DNA of 64,000 nt from Paragordius varius (lineage: Eukaryota; Animalia; Nematomorpha), in the NCBI GenBank assembly GCA_964247055.1, contig OZ176053.1, positions 7,378,001-7,442,000 on the forward strand. Reading direction: 5' to 3'. The notes under the pieces were generated by a model. That model saw nothing but the letters and a program-made list of their open reading frames with translations, did no database searches and was not told where the DNA came from. A program made the translations under genes and the position numbers. Below are positions 1 through 12,900 of the stretch, in pieces; the first letter of the stretch is position 1; each line of letters starts with the position of its first letter.

Positions 1-2149
1 ACAAACATGGTACTGCTGTATTAGATAAAATTTATTATTTTATTTGTTCCTCCTAGAGTCTATAATTGGGAAGCTTAAAGCACGATTGAACAAAACAGCT
101 GATTTTAATTATAAATATCAAGTTTTTGCAGGTAAAATCAAGCTGAATTGAGCATGGTGGAATGAAAAAGACTTAAAGATATTAGAAAACATCCTAAGAT
201 AAGGGTATCCTTTCTTAGTTACATATAAAACTATTTGGAGCTTTGCCTAAAATGTGTTCTTTAGGAACGTTTGACGTAGGGGCATAGACTACTATGTATA
301 CAATTATAAGTGACTTAGCAGTTAGTTCAATATTATACTGGTCGTATATGGTGCATAACTATTGAGATTTTTATTCGATTCGTTTTTGATTAATACTTAA
401 ATCTCTTCTATTATTGGTTTTTTCTCCCCAATATTAAAGGTATATTTTTCGTTTTGTTTTTTCCCGCTAACTTTTTGATTAGGTACCGTTAAACCAAATA
501 AATCCAATCTTTTAGTGTCGCTTTCAATTTTAACCTGTTTGGTTTCTGTCAACCAACTTTAAAAGAATCTTATTCGATCGTAAAAAATAGCCATACGGTC
601 GTATGTGTTCTACATCGGGATAATACTTTCCATATGCTGGAGTTAAAGCTAGAATTCGATTTAACCACGATAGGAACATTTATTAATCGAATCGTCAAAA
701 TAATAAACATTGTCTCTTAAACTTTTGGAATGTGCTGCAATCCCATGACTTTTATCAGTAAATATATTTCAAATTTTAATTAAAAATAATGGCGAAAATT
801 TGAAATTAATTTTGAGATAATAAGTATTCTTCGGCATCTAATGGAAAAAGTGTTTTTGTATATTTTATGGTGATTTTTCTACCGTTTTTATATGTGTAAA
901 GCCCAGTATGTAGTTGAAAAATTAACTTTAAAAGTTATTTCAACATACAAAAACAAATGATCAGGTAATTTGCGTTTATATTAAAGAGCCGATATTAACA
1001 GTTATTATTAAATATTTTCAAATAAGCTCATGTATGAAAATCATATCTTGAATAAATATAATTTAGGGCATGTATTGACGGAATAAACTGTTATCAAACA
1101 TGCATTTAAAAAAGGGTGTGCGATTTTCTATTAGGATAAATAGGGTTTTCTTGAATAACTTCCAAGCTCATAAACCAAAACCAATATGAGAATCACAATA
1201 CATTTTACTTTTATATGATAAAATAAACAATGAAAGGGATAAAAAGTGTACAACAGCAATCAGAAACTTTTCGACCGTCGGGTCTTTAAAACAATTTTTT
1301 TATGCGGCTGACATTATAATCTAAGTTTAAGGATGTTTAAATATTATATAATAATTACTGTGTTCGCAGAATCGATAAATCAACAGCTTCTATAAATGCA
1401 TTTTAACGTTTTTTAATCTGATATGGTTTTGATAAACAGCTAATTTCATTATCCCTAATATTTTCAAAAATTAGTGCGCATAATGATTCAGGAAATATAG
1501 ATTTTATGTCTTTATCGTGATTCATATATATTATTTTGACTTTTATGTCCGCGTCGTAACGGCAACGCAATTAATCGATGAAACACTGAGACATTCGTTA
1601 AAAATTAACAGTATTTTACTGTAATAATAATAAAAAATGGTCGAACCCTCTTACATAAGCACTACAATTATCTTTATTCTTTTTGTACTTAATATTTAAA
1701 GGATTTAACCATTTAATAAAGTGGATTGTCATATAATTGTTCAATTATTAGGTATATCTGTATATTAACATGCATATATGAGACAGTATAAAATTGTTTA
1801 ATGTTAGGGGCATTACTCGAAGGGTTACGCGGGAAAGGTCAAAATTGGAATTACTTTTTCCCATTATGTTTCTTTTAGCGCTCTCTAATTTGTTGAAATT
1901 TTAAGAGGACTAACGAAATTAAACGCTAAAAAAGGGCCGTTCCGCTTTTATAGAATTATAATGAATTACCACACCTACCAAATACAATAATTAAAATAAA
2001 ACACGTTGTTCGATTGTCTTAATTTGATTTCACTGCTTTATTTTATAAAATATGAAGAAATAAACCATTTGAAACATTAATCTACATCGCTAATATACTC
2101 TTTATAAGTTTATAGTGAAATGTATAGATTGTTTTTTATAAGTAGATAG

Positions 2150-4075
2150 TATCTTCAATAATTTGGTAATTTCTTTGAGAGCATTGAACAAGCCAATTTA
2201 TCTGGTGGTTTTGATTCTCCTTAGTTACAACATACCTGACGGTTTATTTTGATTTTCTGTAATTATAAAATTAAGCTACATATATGGCAATTCAGACTGG
2301 TTTCTCCTAAACCAATGAACTAGGCAGCATATCTGGCGGTTCATCTTTAATTTACTGTGATTATGGTACTAACATATCTGACGGTTTCTGTGTAACTATG
2401 GAACTAGCAACATATGCTGTTCACACTGATTTCTCTGCAACCATTGAAGTATATCAACATATCTGGGGTTATTTTATATGTAATTATTAAATTTGGTGAC
2501 ATATCTGGCGGTTTATATTTATTTCTTTGTAACCATTGAAGTGGACAAATATATCTGAGAGTTTTTAAACTAGGCGACATATCTAGCGGTTTATTTTGAT
2601 TTCATTGTGACCATTGAACTAAGCAACATATCTGAGGGTTCAATTTGACTTAACTGCAACCCAAGAAGGCGACATATCTCTCGGTAATTATAAAAGTAAA
2701 TCACCCTTTTCCCCAATAAAATTTTTGCCTGGCTTACTGTTGCGCGTAGATATAGGAATTTCTGAAGCTCTATATTTTTAAACAATTTACATATGACATA
2801 TAAACGGAATAATGTATTTTATGTACATAATATAATTATTTTAGACGATTTTATATGACACTCTGTAATACTAGTATTTATTGACAGCTTTATGTGGGTA
2901 ATAATTACTTTTAGTAAGAATGATCAATTATTTGCTTCTCTGAGATTATTGAACTATCCAACTTGTTTGTTGTTCATTCTGATTTGTCTGTAGTTAATGG
3001 CAACATCCTGGCGGTTATTTACTTCTCTGAAATTATTGAATTAGGCCACATAAAGCCGCCAACACATATTATTTCTTCAGAGTGTCAGATAAAATTGTGT
3101 AAACAATATATTAACATAAAATAAATTATTCTGTTTATATTGTCATACGCAAACGGTTTTGTTCGGAATAGAGCTTCAGACACCTCTATATCCACCTGCA
3201 ACAGTGAATCAGGAATATGCATCGCACGCAAACCAAATATACTCGGAAAAAGGGTATTTTAATAAATACCTATGGATATGCTGCCTTAGTTCTTAGGGTT
3301 CAGAAAAATTAAAATAAACCGCCAGATATGTTGCTTAGTTTAATGATCACAGAGAAATTAAAATAAACGGCATGTGGCCTAGTTTAAAACGACCAGATAT
3401 ATTTGCTACTTCAATGGTTGCAGACAAATCAATATGAACCACCAGATATGCCGCCTATTCAAATAATTACCTAAAAATTAACTTAAAATATGTTGCCTAG
3501 TTTCATAGTTACAGAAAAACCGGCCGATATGTTTAGTTCCATAATCGCAGTAAATTAAAGTTGAACCGCCAGATATGTTGCCTTGTTCCATAGTTATAGG
3601 CAAAGCCAAATAAACCGCAAGATATATCGCCTAATTCAATGATTACAGAAATAACAATATGGCCAGATATGTCTCCTAATTTAATGATCAAAGAGATATC
3701 AATATGAGCCGCCAGATATGTTACCTAATTCCATATTAACAAAGAAAACGGTCAAATATGTTTAGTTAAAGGGAACCGCCAGATATGCTGCCTGGGTCAA
3801 TGGTTTAGGAGAAACCAATGTGAACTCCATATATGTAACCTAATTTAATAATTAAAGAGAAATCACAATAAATCGTCAGGTATATGGCCCAATTATATAA
3901 CTACAGAGAAATTAATGTGAACCGCCAGATATGTTGCCTTGTTCCATAGTTATAGGCAAAGCCAAACAAAATGTGAAACCGTCAGGTATATGTCCAGCTA
4001 CAGAGAAATCAAAATGACCCACCAGATCAGTTGCCTAGTTCAATGGTCTCAGAGAAATTACCAAATTATTCAAGA
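2150..4075. repeat. Degenerate ~45-50 bp tandem arrays in inverted orientation (core AACCGCCAGATATG)
   Basis: Many ATATCTGGCGGTT units at ~2200-3050 and complementary AACCGCCAGATATG units at ~3300-4075; a further partial array at ~7340-7550. Confidence 0.85.
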
Positions 4076-5145
4076 TTGTCTATAATTAAACTAGAATACA
4101 AATATTTATTTTTCAACTAGGGATGTAGATTAATAAATTGATTTATACATATTTTAACTTGTAAATTTTTTTAGTGAAATTACTTTAAGACAATCCAAAA
4201 ATGTGTATGCTTATTTTTATTATCTCATATATTGTGCAACGAATATTAAATAAAGGGTTGATAGGTGAGGTAATTTATTATATTAACCCTATAACAGGCG
4301 GACCGGCTCTTTTTTAACTTTTAGTGTCGTTTGTTTTATAACAATTCAACAAATTTAGAGCGCGCAAATAGAAACGGAATGGGAAAAGCGCAAATTCAAT
4401 TTTGATCTTTTCCGCGAATACGACGGTTCATTTGATGAACCTAATATTATTTTGTATTTTAATTATTAAAGTAAGTGACCCTTTTCCACAGTATTTGCGT
4501 ACGATGCCTTTTCCTCTGTCACGTTGTACATAGTCACTGGGCTGCTTTTAAAAGCTTTAATTTTCATAATATGCGTCTGATTATTTAGATATTAATTTAT
4601 GGATATATCTTTGGTTATTTTACAATCTGTATTTTAGTTAAGGTTTTTGGAATCAAAAGGTTATATCAACGTTTATATATAAATATTATATAATATATCA
4701 TTTTGTCTTCAAGAGTATCTTTAAACACTTCAAGTTAGTCCTTGAACATTTAAAGTTAATCCTTAAACATTTCATTGGTCCTTAAACTCTTTTTTGTTTT
4801 AAGTTTTATAAATCAAACTTTGTATCATTCATCCATTTAATGATTTTTAACCTATTCTCTTTATTCAATATAGAGGCTAAATAAATATCAAATCTTATTA
4901 ATTTTTTAAAAAAATATTTTATATATACGTAATAATTATATAGGTTTTCTAAGACATTAATTACAAATTTCCATGAAACATCTATAAATTAATAATTTTG
5001 TTTCAATTGGAAAAATTTGAGTTGAAACAAATAAATCTGTAAAGAACAATATCAAAATTATGATCAATAAAATTTAAAATCTAAGGACCAACTGGAAATG
5101 ATCAAGGACTTACCTGAAGTGTGTTCAAGGGCACTCTTGAAGTGC

Positions 5146-5149
<4 letters not shown>

Positions 5150-5198
<49 letters not shown>
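5150..5198. repeat. (AT)n microsatellite
   Basis: Pure AT run of ~24 units; shorter counterpart in the inverted arm at ~6797-6826. Confidence 0.95.
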
Positions 5199-5200
<2 letters not shown>

Positions 5201-5650
5201 CCAAATCTTAACAATAGTTTACAAAGATGATAATTTTAGGCAGGAAGTAGTAAAGAATTGTAATGCAGAACATGATTCCCCTATGAAATAATTCTTTAGT
5301 GCCGTTTATAAAGATATCCAGTCAAAATTTTCACAGATGAATCATGCACGTCCATATTGAATGGATAATTTTAAAATTGATATAATTTTTATGGTGTTTT
5401 TAAAATTAAATATTTTTTTTTTTACAACAAATCGAATAATAACTATAGAATTTATTTGTGACCGTAATTCGAAGAAGGTGTTCACTCATACAATAAAATA
5501 AACTCAATCTGAAAGCTATGATCCATAATATCTCTATTCTCTAATGAATAATACTAATTATTTAAATTGAGTTTATTTACAGGATATATTTTCCGACAAA
5601 ATTTTCTTATTTAGGGCAAAATTTATCATAAAATATAGATCTGTTAACTC

Positions 5651-5890
5651 TTACGGTGAATTTGGAAGTAAGTTTCGTAATATATTGATGCTTTGAGCAT
5701 TAGGCGGATTCATTCAGTTTTTTCTTAAAAAAATTCTTTAACATTTATAAAAGGCCAATTGATTTTTTTTCTTATAATATCCGGTATCCACATCTTAAAT
5801 TTCATTGGTTTTTAAATATTTGAGTCTTATCGTGTTGCCAGTGTGAATCTGATTTTAGATGTTGTAGGAGGCATGGTCGCATCGGCGCAA
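5651..5890 (-). pseudogene. Decayed 3' end of the NSP* gene family (paralog of 31202-32248)
   Basis: DNA similarity to 31200-31490 (ACTCTTACGG(T/A)GAA..., CTTATA(T)AAT..GGTATCCA...); frameshifted and internally deleted. Confidence 0.75.
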
Positions 5891-6131
5891 TCATTCAGTT
5901 TTTTCTTGAAAAATTTTTTTACTAGCGATGTAGATTAATTGACTGATGTATATCTTGATTGATCTATATATACATATAACTCCTGAAATTTTTTCGAATA
6001 CTGTGTTAGTGAAGGCATGTAATTTTGCTCCAAATATAATAAAAACAGCCGATAATGAGTGATAAGAATCGGTTTAAACAATCTTTTTTAATAGTAATTT
6101 GATACACCTTGATACAGTGGTACTTATCCTT

Positions 6132-6353
6132 TATGCGACCATGCCTCCTACAACATCTGAAATCAGATTCATACTGGCAACACTATATTCCGAAACCACT
6201 GAAATTTAAAAAATTGATACCGGGAATTATAAGAAAATAAATCAATTGGCCTCCTATAGATGTTGAAGAATTTTTTAAAGAAAAAACTAAATGAATGCGA
6301 CTAATTCTTAAATCATCAACATATTACGAAACTTACTTCCAAATTCACCGTAA
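6132..6353 (+). pseudogene. Decayed 3' end of the NSP* gene family
   Basis: Translates PKPLKFKKLIPGIIRK*INWPPIDVEEFF..K*MRLILKSS, matching PKPVKLKKWIPDYIRKEADWPPIDVEDFF..ELRLILKSS; ends AATTCACCGTAA (NSP*); in-frame stops. Confidence 0.85.
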
Positions 6354-6794
6354 GAGTTAACTATTTTATAATAAATTTTGCCCTAAATAAGAAAATTTTG
6401 TCGGAAAATATATCCTGTAAATAAACTCAATTTAAATAATTAGTATTATTCATTAGAGAATAGAGATATTATGGATCATAGCTTTCAGATTGAGTTTATT
6501 TTATTGTATGAGTGAACACCTTCTTCAAATTACGGTCACAAATAAATTCTATAGTTATTATTCGATTAGTTGTAAAAAAAATATTTAATTTTAAAAACAC
6601 CATAAAAATTATATCAATTTTAAAATTATCCATTCTATATGGACGTGCCTGATTCGTATGTGAAAATTTTGACTGGATATCTTTATAAACGGCACTAAAG
6701 AATCATTTCATAGGGGAATCATGTTCTGCAATACAATTCTTTACTACTTCCTGCCTAAAATTATCATCTTTGTAAACTATTGTTAAGATTTGGT

Positions 6795-6829
<35 letters not shown>

Positions 6830-9158
6830 TGCCCTTCAAGAATGCCCTTGAACACTTCAGGTAAGTCCTTGATCATTTCCAGTTGGTCCTAAGATTTTGA
6901 AATTTATTGATCATAATTTTGATATTGATCTTACAACCAGATTTATTTGTTTCAACTATAATTTCAATTCAAAAAAATTATTAATTTATAGATGTTTCAT
7001 GGAAATTTGTAATTAATGGCTTAGAAAACCTATATTATTATTACGTATATATAAAATATTTTTTTTAAAAATTAATAAGATAGATTGTTTAAAAGTTGAT
7101 ATTTATTTAGCGTCTATATTGAATTAAGAGAATAGGTTAAAAATCATTAAATGGATGAATGATACAAAGTTTGATTTATAAAACTTAAAACGAAAAGAGT
7201 TAAAGGACCAATGATTTGTTTAAGGATTAACTTTAAATGTTTAAGGACTAACTTGATGTGTTTAAAGATACTCTTGAAGACAAAATGTATTTATATATAA
7301 ACGTTGATATAACCCTTTGATTACAAAAACCCTAACCCTAATTTGATAATTACAGAGAAATCACAATAAACCGTCAGGTAAATGGCCCAATTATATAACT
7401 ACTGAGAAATTATGTGAACCACCAGATATGTTACCTGTTTTATAGGTATTAAGCTAAATAAACCGCCAGGTATGTGTCCAGTTACAGAGAAATCAAAATG
7501 ACCCACCAGATAAGTTGCTTAGTTCAATGGTCTCAGAGAAATTACCAAATTATTGAAGACTGTCCACTTATAAAAAATATACAATAAACCATAAATATAA
7601 AAAGATAATATTTTGCAACTAGCGATGTAGATTAATTGACTGATTTATATCTTGATTGACCTATATATACATAATTTAACTCAAAATTTTTCATTGAAAT
7701 TACTCTAAAACAATTGAAAAGCGTATAGGCTTATTTTTATTGTCGCATATATTGTACAACGAATTTATAAAGGGTTGGTAGGTGTGGGAATATATAATAA
7801 TAACCCTATAACAGACGAACGGCTCTTTTTTTAGTGTCGTTCGTTTTATATAAATTCAACAAATTTAGAGCGCGCAAATAGAAACGGAATGGGAAAAGCG
7901 CAAATCCAATTTTGACCTTTTCCGCGAATACGATTGTTCGATTAATGAGCCTAACATTCTTTTGTATTTTAATTATTAAAGTAACTGACCCTTTTCCACA
8001 GTAAAATTTGGTTTGCGTACGATACCTTTTTCTCTGTCACGCTGTACATTGTCACTGGGCTGCTTTTTGAAGCTTTAATATGCGTCTAATTATTTTAACT
8101 TAATATTAATTTATGGAAAATATATCTTTGACGCGTTATTTGACAATTTGATAGAAAAATATTATTTTTGTTCGTTTTAGTTAGGTTTATAGGTATCTAA
8201 AAGTTATATCTAAATTAACTTCAAGAGTATCTTCAAGTTACTCTTTAAACATTTTAAGTTGGTCCTTGAACACATCAAGTTGGTCCTTTAACTTTTTGTA
8301 AATTTTTAACTTTATCAATCAAAGCTTTATAATTAATCTATTTTATGATTTTTAATCTATTCTCTTAATTCAACATCTAAATCAATATCAACTTTAATCA
8401 TTCAGAAACAATCTATCTTATCAATCTAAAAATATTTTATCTACAAATATTTAATACGTAATTAAAAATTATATAGGTTTTCTGGTACATTAATTACATA
8501 TTTTCATGATTTATAAATTATATTTTTTTGAATTAAAAAAGTTTAAGTTGAAACAAATATATTTGGTTTTTGAATGAACATTTTAATTTTAAAATGAAGA
8601 AATATGTAATAAAAGTAAATTCGGTTAAAAAATAATCAAATAAAAAAAATCATCTAAACATTATAATTAAATCTAAATTTAAAATTTTAAGGATCCAACA
8701 AATGATCAAGGACTAACCTAGGGGAGTAAAGAATTGTATTGCAGAACTATATTCATTTATGTTATGATTCTTTAGTGCCGTTATAAAGATAGCCAGTCAA
8801 AATTTTCACAAATATGTTTTTCGCACAACCATATTGATTGGTATAAGATTTTCAATTGATATAATTTTTAAGGCAAAATATAATAAAATAAATAAATTTT
8901 TACAATTTATAAACGAATAATAGCTATAAATATATCTGTACCCTTTGGAATTTGAAGAAGGTATGGACTCATACATAAAAATAAACTCAAATGTCTGAAA
9001 CAAAGTATTATAAAATCTCATTAATGAATAAATTTAATTATTTAAATTGGGTTTATTTGCAGGATTATATTTTCCGACCTGATTTAGGGCGATAATAATA
9101 TTTAATTATTAGAATGTGTATATATGTATATATATATCTAGAAGTGTGTAACAAACTC

Positions 9159-9420
9159 TTACGGTGAATTTGGAAGTAAGTTTTTTGGATCGTAGTTTTG
9201 AGCGCGAACGTAAAATTTGAGAGCGTCATGTGTTGAAGCTTTGACCATTCGGGGTATTCATTCGGTTTCTTCTTAAAAAAATTCTTCAACATCTATAGGA
9301 GGCCAATTGATTTATTTTCTTATAATACCCGGTATCAATTTTTTAAATTTCAGTGGTTTCGGAATATAATGTTGCCAGTATGAATATGATTATCAGATGC
9401 TGTAGGAGACATGGTCGCAT
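9159..9420 (-). pseudogene. Decayed 3' end of the NSP* gene family
   Basis: Minus strand PKPLKFKKLIPGIIRK*INWPPIDVEEFFKKK, then a frameshift to ...LLPNSP*. Confidence 0.85.
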
Positions 9421-10019
9421 AAATGATAAGTACCGCTGTATTACTATTAAAAAAGATTGTTTTAACCGATTCTCAGCACTCATTATCGGCTGTTGTTATT
9501 ATATTTGGAGTAAAATCAAATGCCTTGTGTAGCACAGTATTCGAGATTGATTTTTCTTTACCATTATTTAACAAGGAAAACCGTTTTACCCGCTTTAAAG
9601 ATATAGTTTCTTTATCGGATGCTGTTACCATATTTGGAATAGTTGTTTATATTTAAGCTATAGATATATTAAATCAGAATAGTTATAAATACAACACAAT
9701 AATACATATAAAGCAATTAGAATGTATATTCTATTTAACATAGAATAAATATTTATATCTAAACAAAATCCTCCTAATCTCCCTACCAAATTTTGGCGTA
9801 GAGCTTAGCATTTTTTTGGGCAAATTAACTCGACCATCAAAAACAGAGACGATGTGGACAATGTCGGGCGAGCAACTACGTTTTTTCGCCAACCTCTGGT
9901 CTTTACATTCCAAATAATTAGTTAGTTCGGATGAATCTTTAAAATCTACTGATCCCTTCAGTATTCCCCTGGCTTTCTAGTTCAAAAAATATTTCTGGTT
10001 TTTGACCAACAAAGACACA

Positions 10020-10448
10020 TATAGCAATAGTCCGATAAATTTAGCATCGCCAAGTCTGAACGATTTTGTTTTTCTCGTGTCATATTTTATCTTTATCGTC
10101 CGAATCGTCTTTTTACTGACACTTTAGTTTGAGGGTGGTAAAGAGGTGAGAAATGTTTAATATGGAATTTCAATCAATAGTCTTTGAACTCTGACGACGG
10201 TCCGTTTCAGAAATTAAAAAAATAGGCCGTCTACACCAAACCAAAAAAATTTAAAAATTAAACAGTTGAGGATGTAACTTTGTGAACACAACCTCAGACC
10301 GTTTTGAGAACGCTTCTAATAAAACTGGCCAAAATGTTTCGTTGACCTGTTATATCGATATGTATAATTCCCAGGAGATTTGATTTCTGGCCAATTACCA
10401 CATACGTTCTTACTATTACTATTCATTTGGCTAGCTACAGATCCTTTT
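10020..10448 (-). mobile_element. Highly degenerate Ty3/Gypsy integrase core fragment
   Basis: Frameshifted motifs on the minus strand: WP..., IIHIDITG, EAFSK..EVV, FGL, IS(D)NGP-like, SEFKDY, IKHFSP/YHPQT; abuts a TTAA MITE insertion. Confidence 0.65.
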
Positions 10449-11366
10449 TTAACACTTGGATACAAGACAATCATTTTAGCCCTTCGATTCAAATTGGGGT
10501 AGTTGGATACCCCTGGCCTGTAAAAAATTAAATACTTTAAAAAATATGGAGGGAATTGAAACGATGGCAAAATTTTACTTTTATATTACATTAATAAACC
10601 GAAATATATTAAAAATTTTATTCAAAAATACTTGATAATATTTATTTTTAACTAAAACCTAAAGTTAAAAATTTAGTCAGCGTGACATGTGTGCAATGGT
10701 AAAATTGAAAAATAATACAAAATGTGACCAGATAGGCTGTTTTTCGCAGTACAGTACTGGGTTTTCAGAAAAAAACTGCGCCTGTACTGCGCACACTTTT
10801 GTACTGCTTTTTTAAATTAAAAAAAATTAATTTTATATAAATATATAATTACCTTTTATTTATTCAATAAAAGTATTTTAGAATTTAATATAGTGCCCTC
10901 TGTAAAAATAACCACATAAATTGTAAAGAAATGGTTCATTTTGAGGTAAAAAACTAAGATTGGCCTATTTTTAATTGGTTAATATTTTATGTTCCACTCG
11001 TATTTTACATAAAATTGGATTGGATGCGTCAAACCGCTTATAAAGGCAGCAGTGGCAAAACTATGAATCTCGAATCGTAAGATTCAGGCTAATGGCTCTT
11101 TTATTCATGGCTTACGCAAAAAGAGGTGCCTCAAAATTTAGAATGAGTTAACAAAATTAATTCATGATATTTTAATAAATGTTTGAGCAGGTTTAAAAAT
11201 TTCATTTTTTTTTTGTTATATTAATTAAACGGGAAATTAAGTAGAAAATTGTTATTCCCGTAACATATTATATAAAATTTATTATATATGGCATATGATA
11301 ACGAAATAAACGTTTTTTCGTATTTAAAAATTGTTTGTTTTTACGTCTTTACTTATTAGGTGGGAG

Positions 11367-12052
11367 TAGGGTTGTGCTTGATTACTTTTTCAAAACATCC
11401 GGTCAGACCCAGTCAGACCATGGTCATGACCGCTTTGTACTTAAATAAGTATCATGCGATATGAGATTGTCAAAATAAGTTCTAATTACACTTGCGTTTC
11501 ATTAATAATGTCATGTTTTTTCTTTAAAGTTTGTATATATTTTTTTATTTATTATTTAAATATATTTTCGATCGAATTTGATCAAGAAATTGTTAAATAA
11601 ATTTTGCCACATGTTTGTGGCCTTCTGAATCTTTAAATGCATAGATTTTTAAATCTGGATATTTTAAATTCTACCTAATTTGTTTTACACTTTCTTTCAT
11701 CATTAAAATACCAATTATAGGATGTTTATTTTTGAATGGTTCACATATATTGTATGGCATAATTTGCAAAGTGCTATATTGTTTTGTTTTTCGAAATAAC
11801 TGGATATGCTTAAATACTTATATTATAAAGAGGCAAGTTTAGCAATTTTAAATATTGTTAAATAAGCATATTTAAATAATATTTGTGTTTTAAAAAATAT
11901 ATTAAAAAACAATAAAATCTTACTATCTCTCTTCCAGAAAAAATTTACTACCATTTTTTCAAACAGGTGTTTTTTTCAATGACTATGGCTAAAAAATAAA
12001 TAGTCACTGACCTGATCATGACCCGAATTGACCGGGTCATGATTTGGTCAGC
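11367..12052. mobile_element. hAT-type MITE (TAGGGT... family), right terminus eroded
   Basis: Co-linear with 15546-16200, with GGTCAG/GGTCATGA subterminal repeats; flanked by GGTGGGAG / GGTGGGAT (8-bp TSD, 1 mismatch). Confidence 0.75.
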
Positions 12053-12569
12053 GGTGGGATGTATGATATTTCTAAAAATTTTTCCTTAACTTTAATTTTT
12101 ATTAGTTTTTTTATTTTTCATAAACAAATTTGAAATATTTTGTTGAAGCGCAAACTATTTTGAAGCAGAATGAAAACGGTATAAAGCTTTAAGATATAAT
12201 AAAACCCTCTAAAGAGTGAAATGATGTTGATAATTACTGTATGTTGAGTAAATTAAAGGTTTGTTTGCTTGCATATTTTGGTAAATTTTTGTTATAAAAC
12301 ACAATTTTTACTTAAAAACGAGCGAAAATTTTAATCAAAATTCTGAGCGAGAAAAATTAGCATTATCAAATTATATAAATAAATGGTATAGCATCTCAAC
12401 CGTTTGTATCGTCATCATAAACAAAAACGCTTCAACAAAATTTTGCTAAAAATTAAATTTTTAAGGTATGCATTTTTTAAAAAACATATTTTTTCGATAA
12501 CAAAATTTAGCATATATTTGAAATTATTGCATAATGTCGAAATTTTTCCGTTTTTAGAGCACAGTCCAT

Positions 12570-12900
12570 TTTAAAAGAGGCAAAAAAATGGGACTTTCAA
12601 AGCCCATATCTAAAAACTATAAATTATATTGTTTTGCTCTTTTAGTTTGTGTTATATTTTTTAGTGATATCTTTTGAAATAAAGCATTTAGCTTTCACCA
12701 AAAAATGTATTTGAAAAAAATGCGCACCTTTGGCAATTATATACGGACTTATCACAAAAGTGTAAATAACTTACTTTGATAACTGGCAAAGGTTAAAACC
12801 AAAACCTTGATAATTTTGATATTTTCTTATCAGAATATATATATATATATCATTGGGATATTTTGTGACTGTGTAATATACCACCCGATGTTGTAAAGCA
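12570..12900. repeat. Dispersed repeat also present at ~57440-57830
   Basis: Shared blocks such as CATTTAGCTTTCACCAAAAA, TGCGCAC and TTTTC(T/C)TATCAGA in the same order. Confidence 0.6.

Larger units (their letters stand above)
1800..9550. repeat. Complex segmental repeat: nested inverted and direct duplications
   Basis: ~1800-2090 is the reverse complement of ~4100-4430 (GCGCAAATAGAAACGGAATGGGAAAAG block). ~4640-5890 is inverted at ~6130-7335. ~3850-5890 is repeated directly at ~7340-9420. ~5990-6135 is inverted at ~9420-9545. Confidence 0.9.

Noticed and set aside
2150-4075. CRISPR-like repeat array
   Set aside because: Units are degenerate along their whole length with no unique spacers; context is eukaryotic and there are no cas genes.
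9731-9960. Minus-strand 60-77 aa open stretch
   Set aside because: Lies just downstream of the Gypsy integrase relic and is probably its tail; no independent evidence for a gene.
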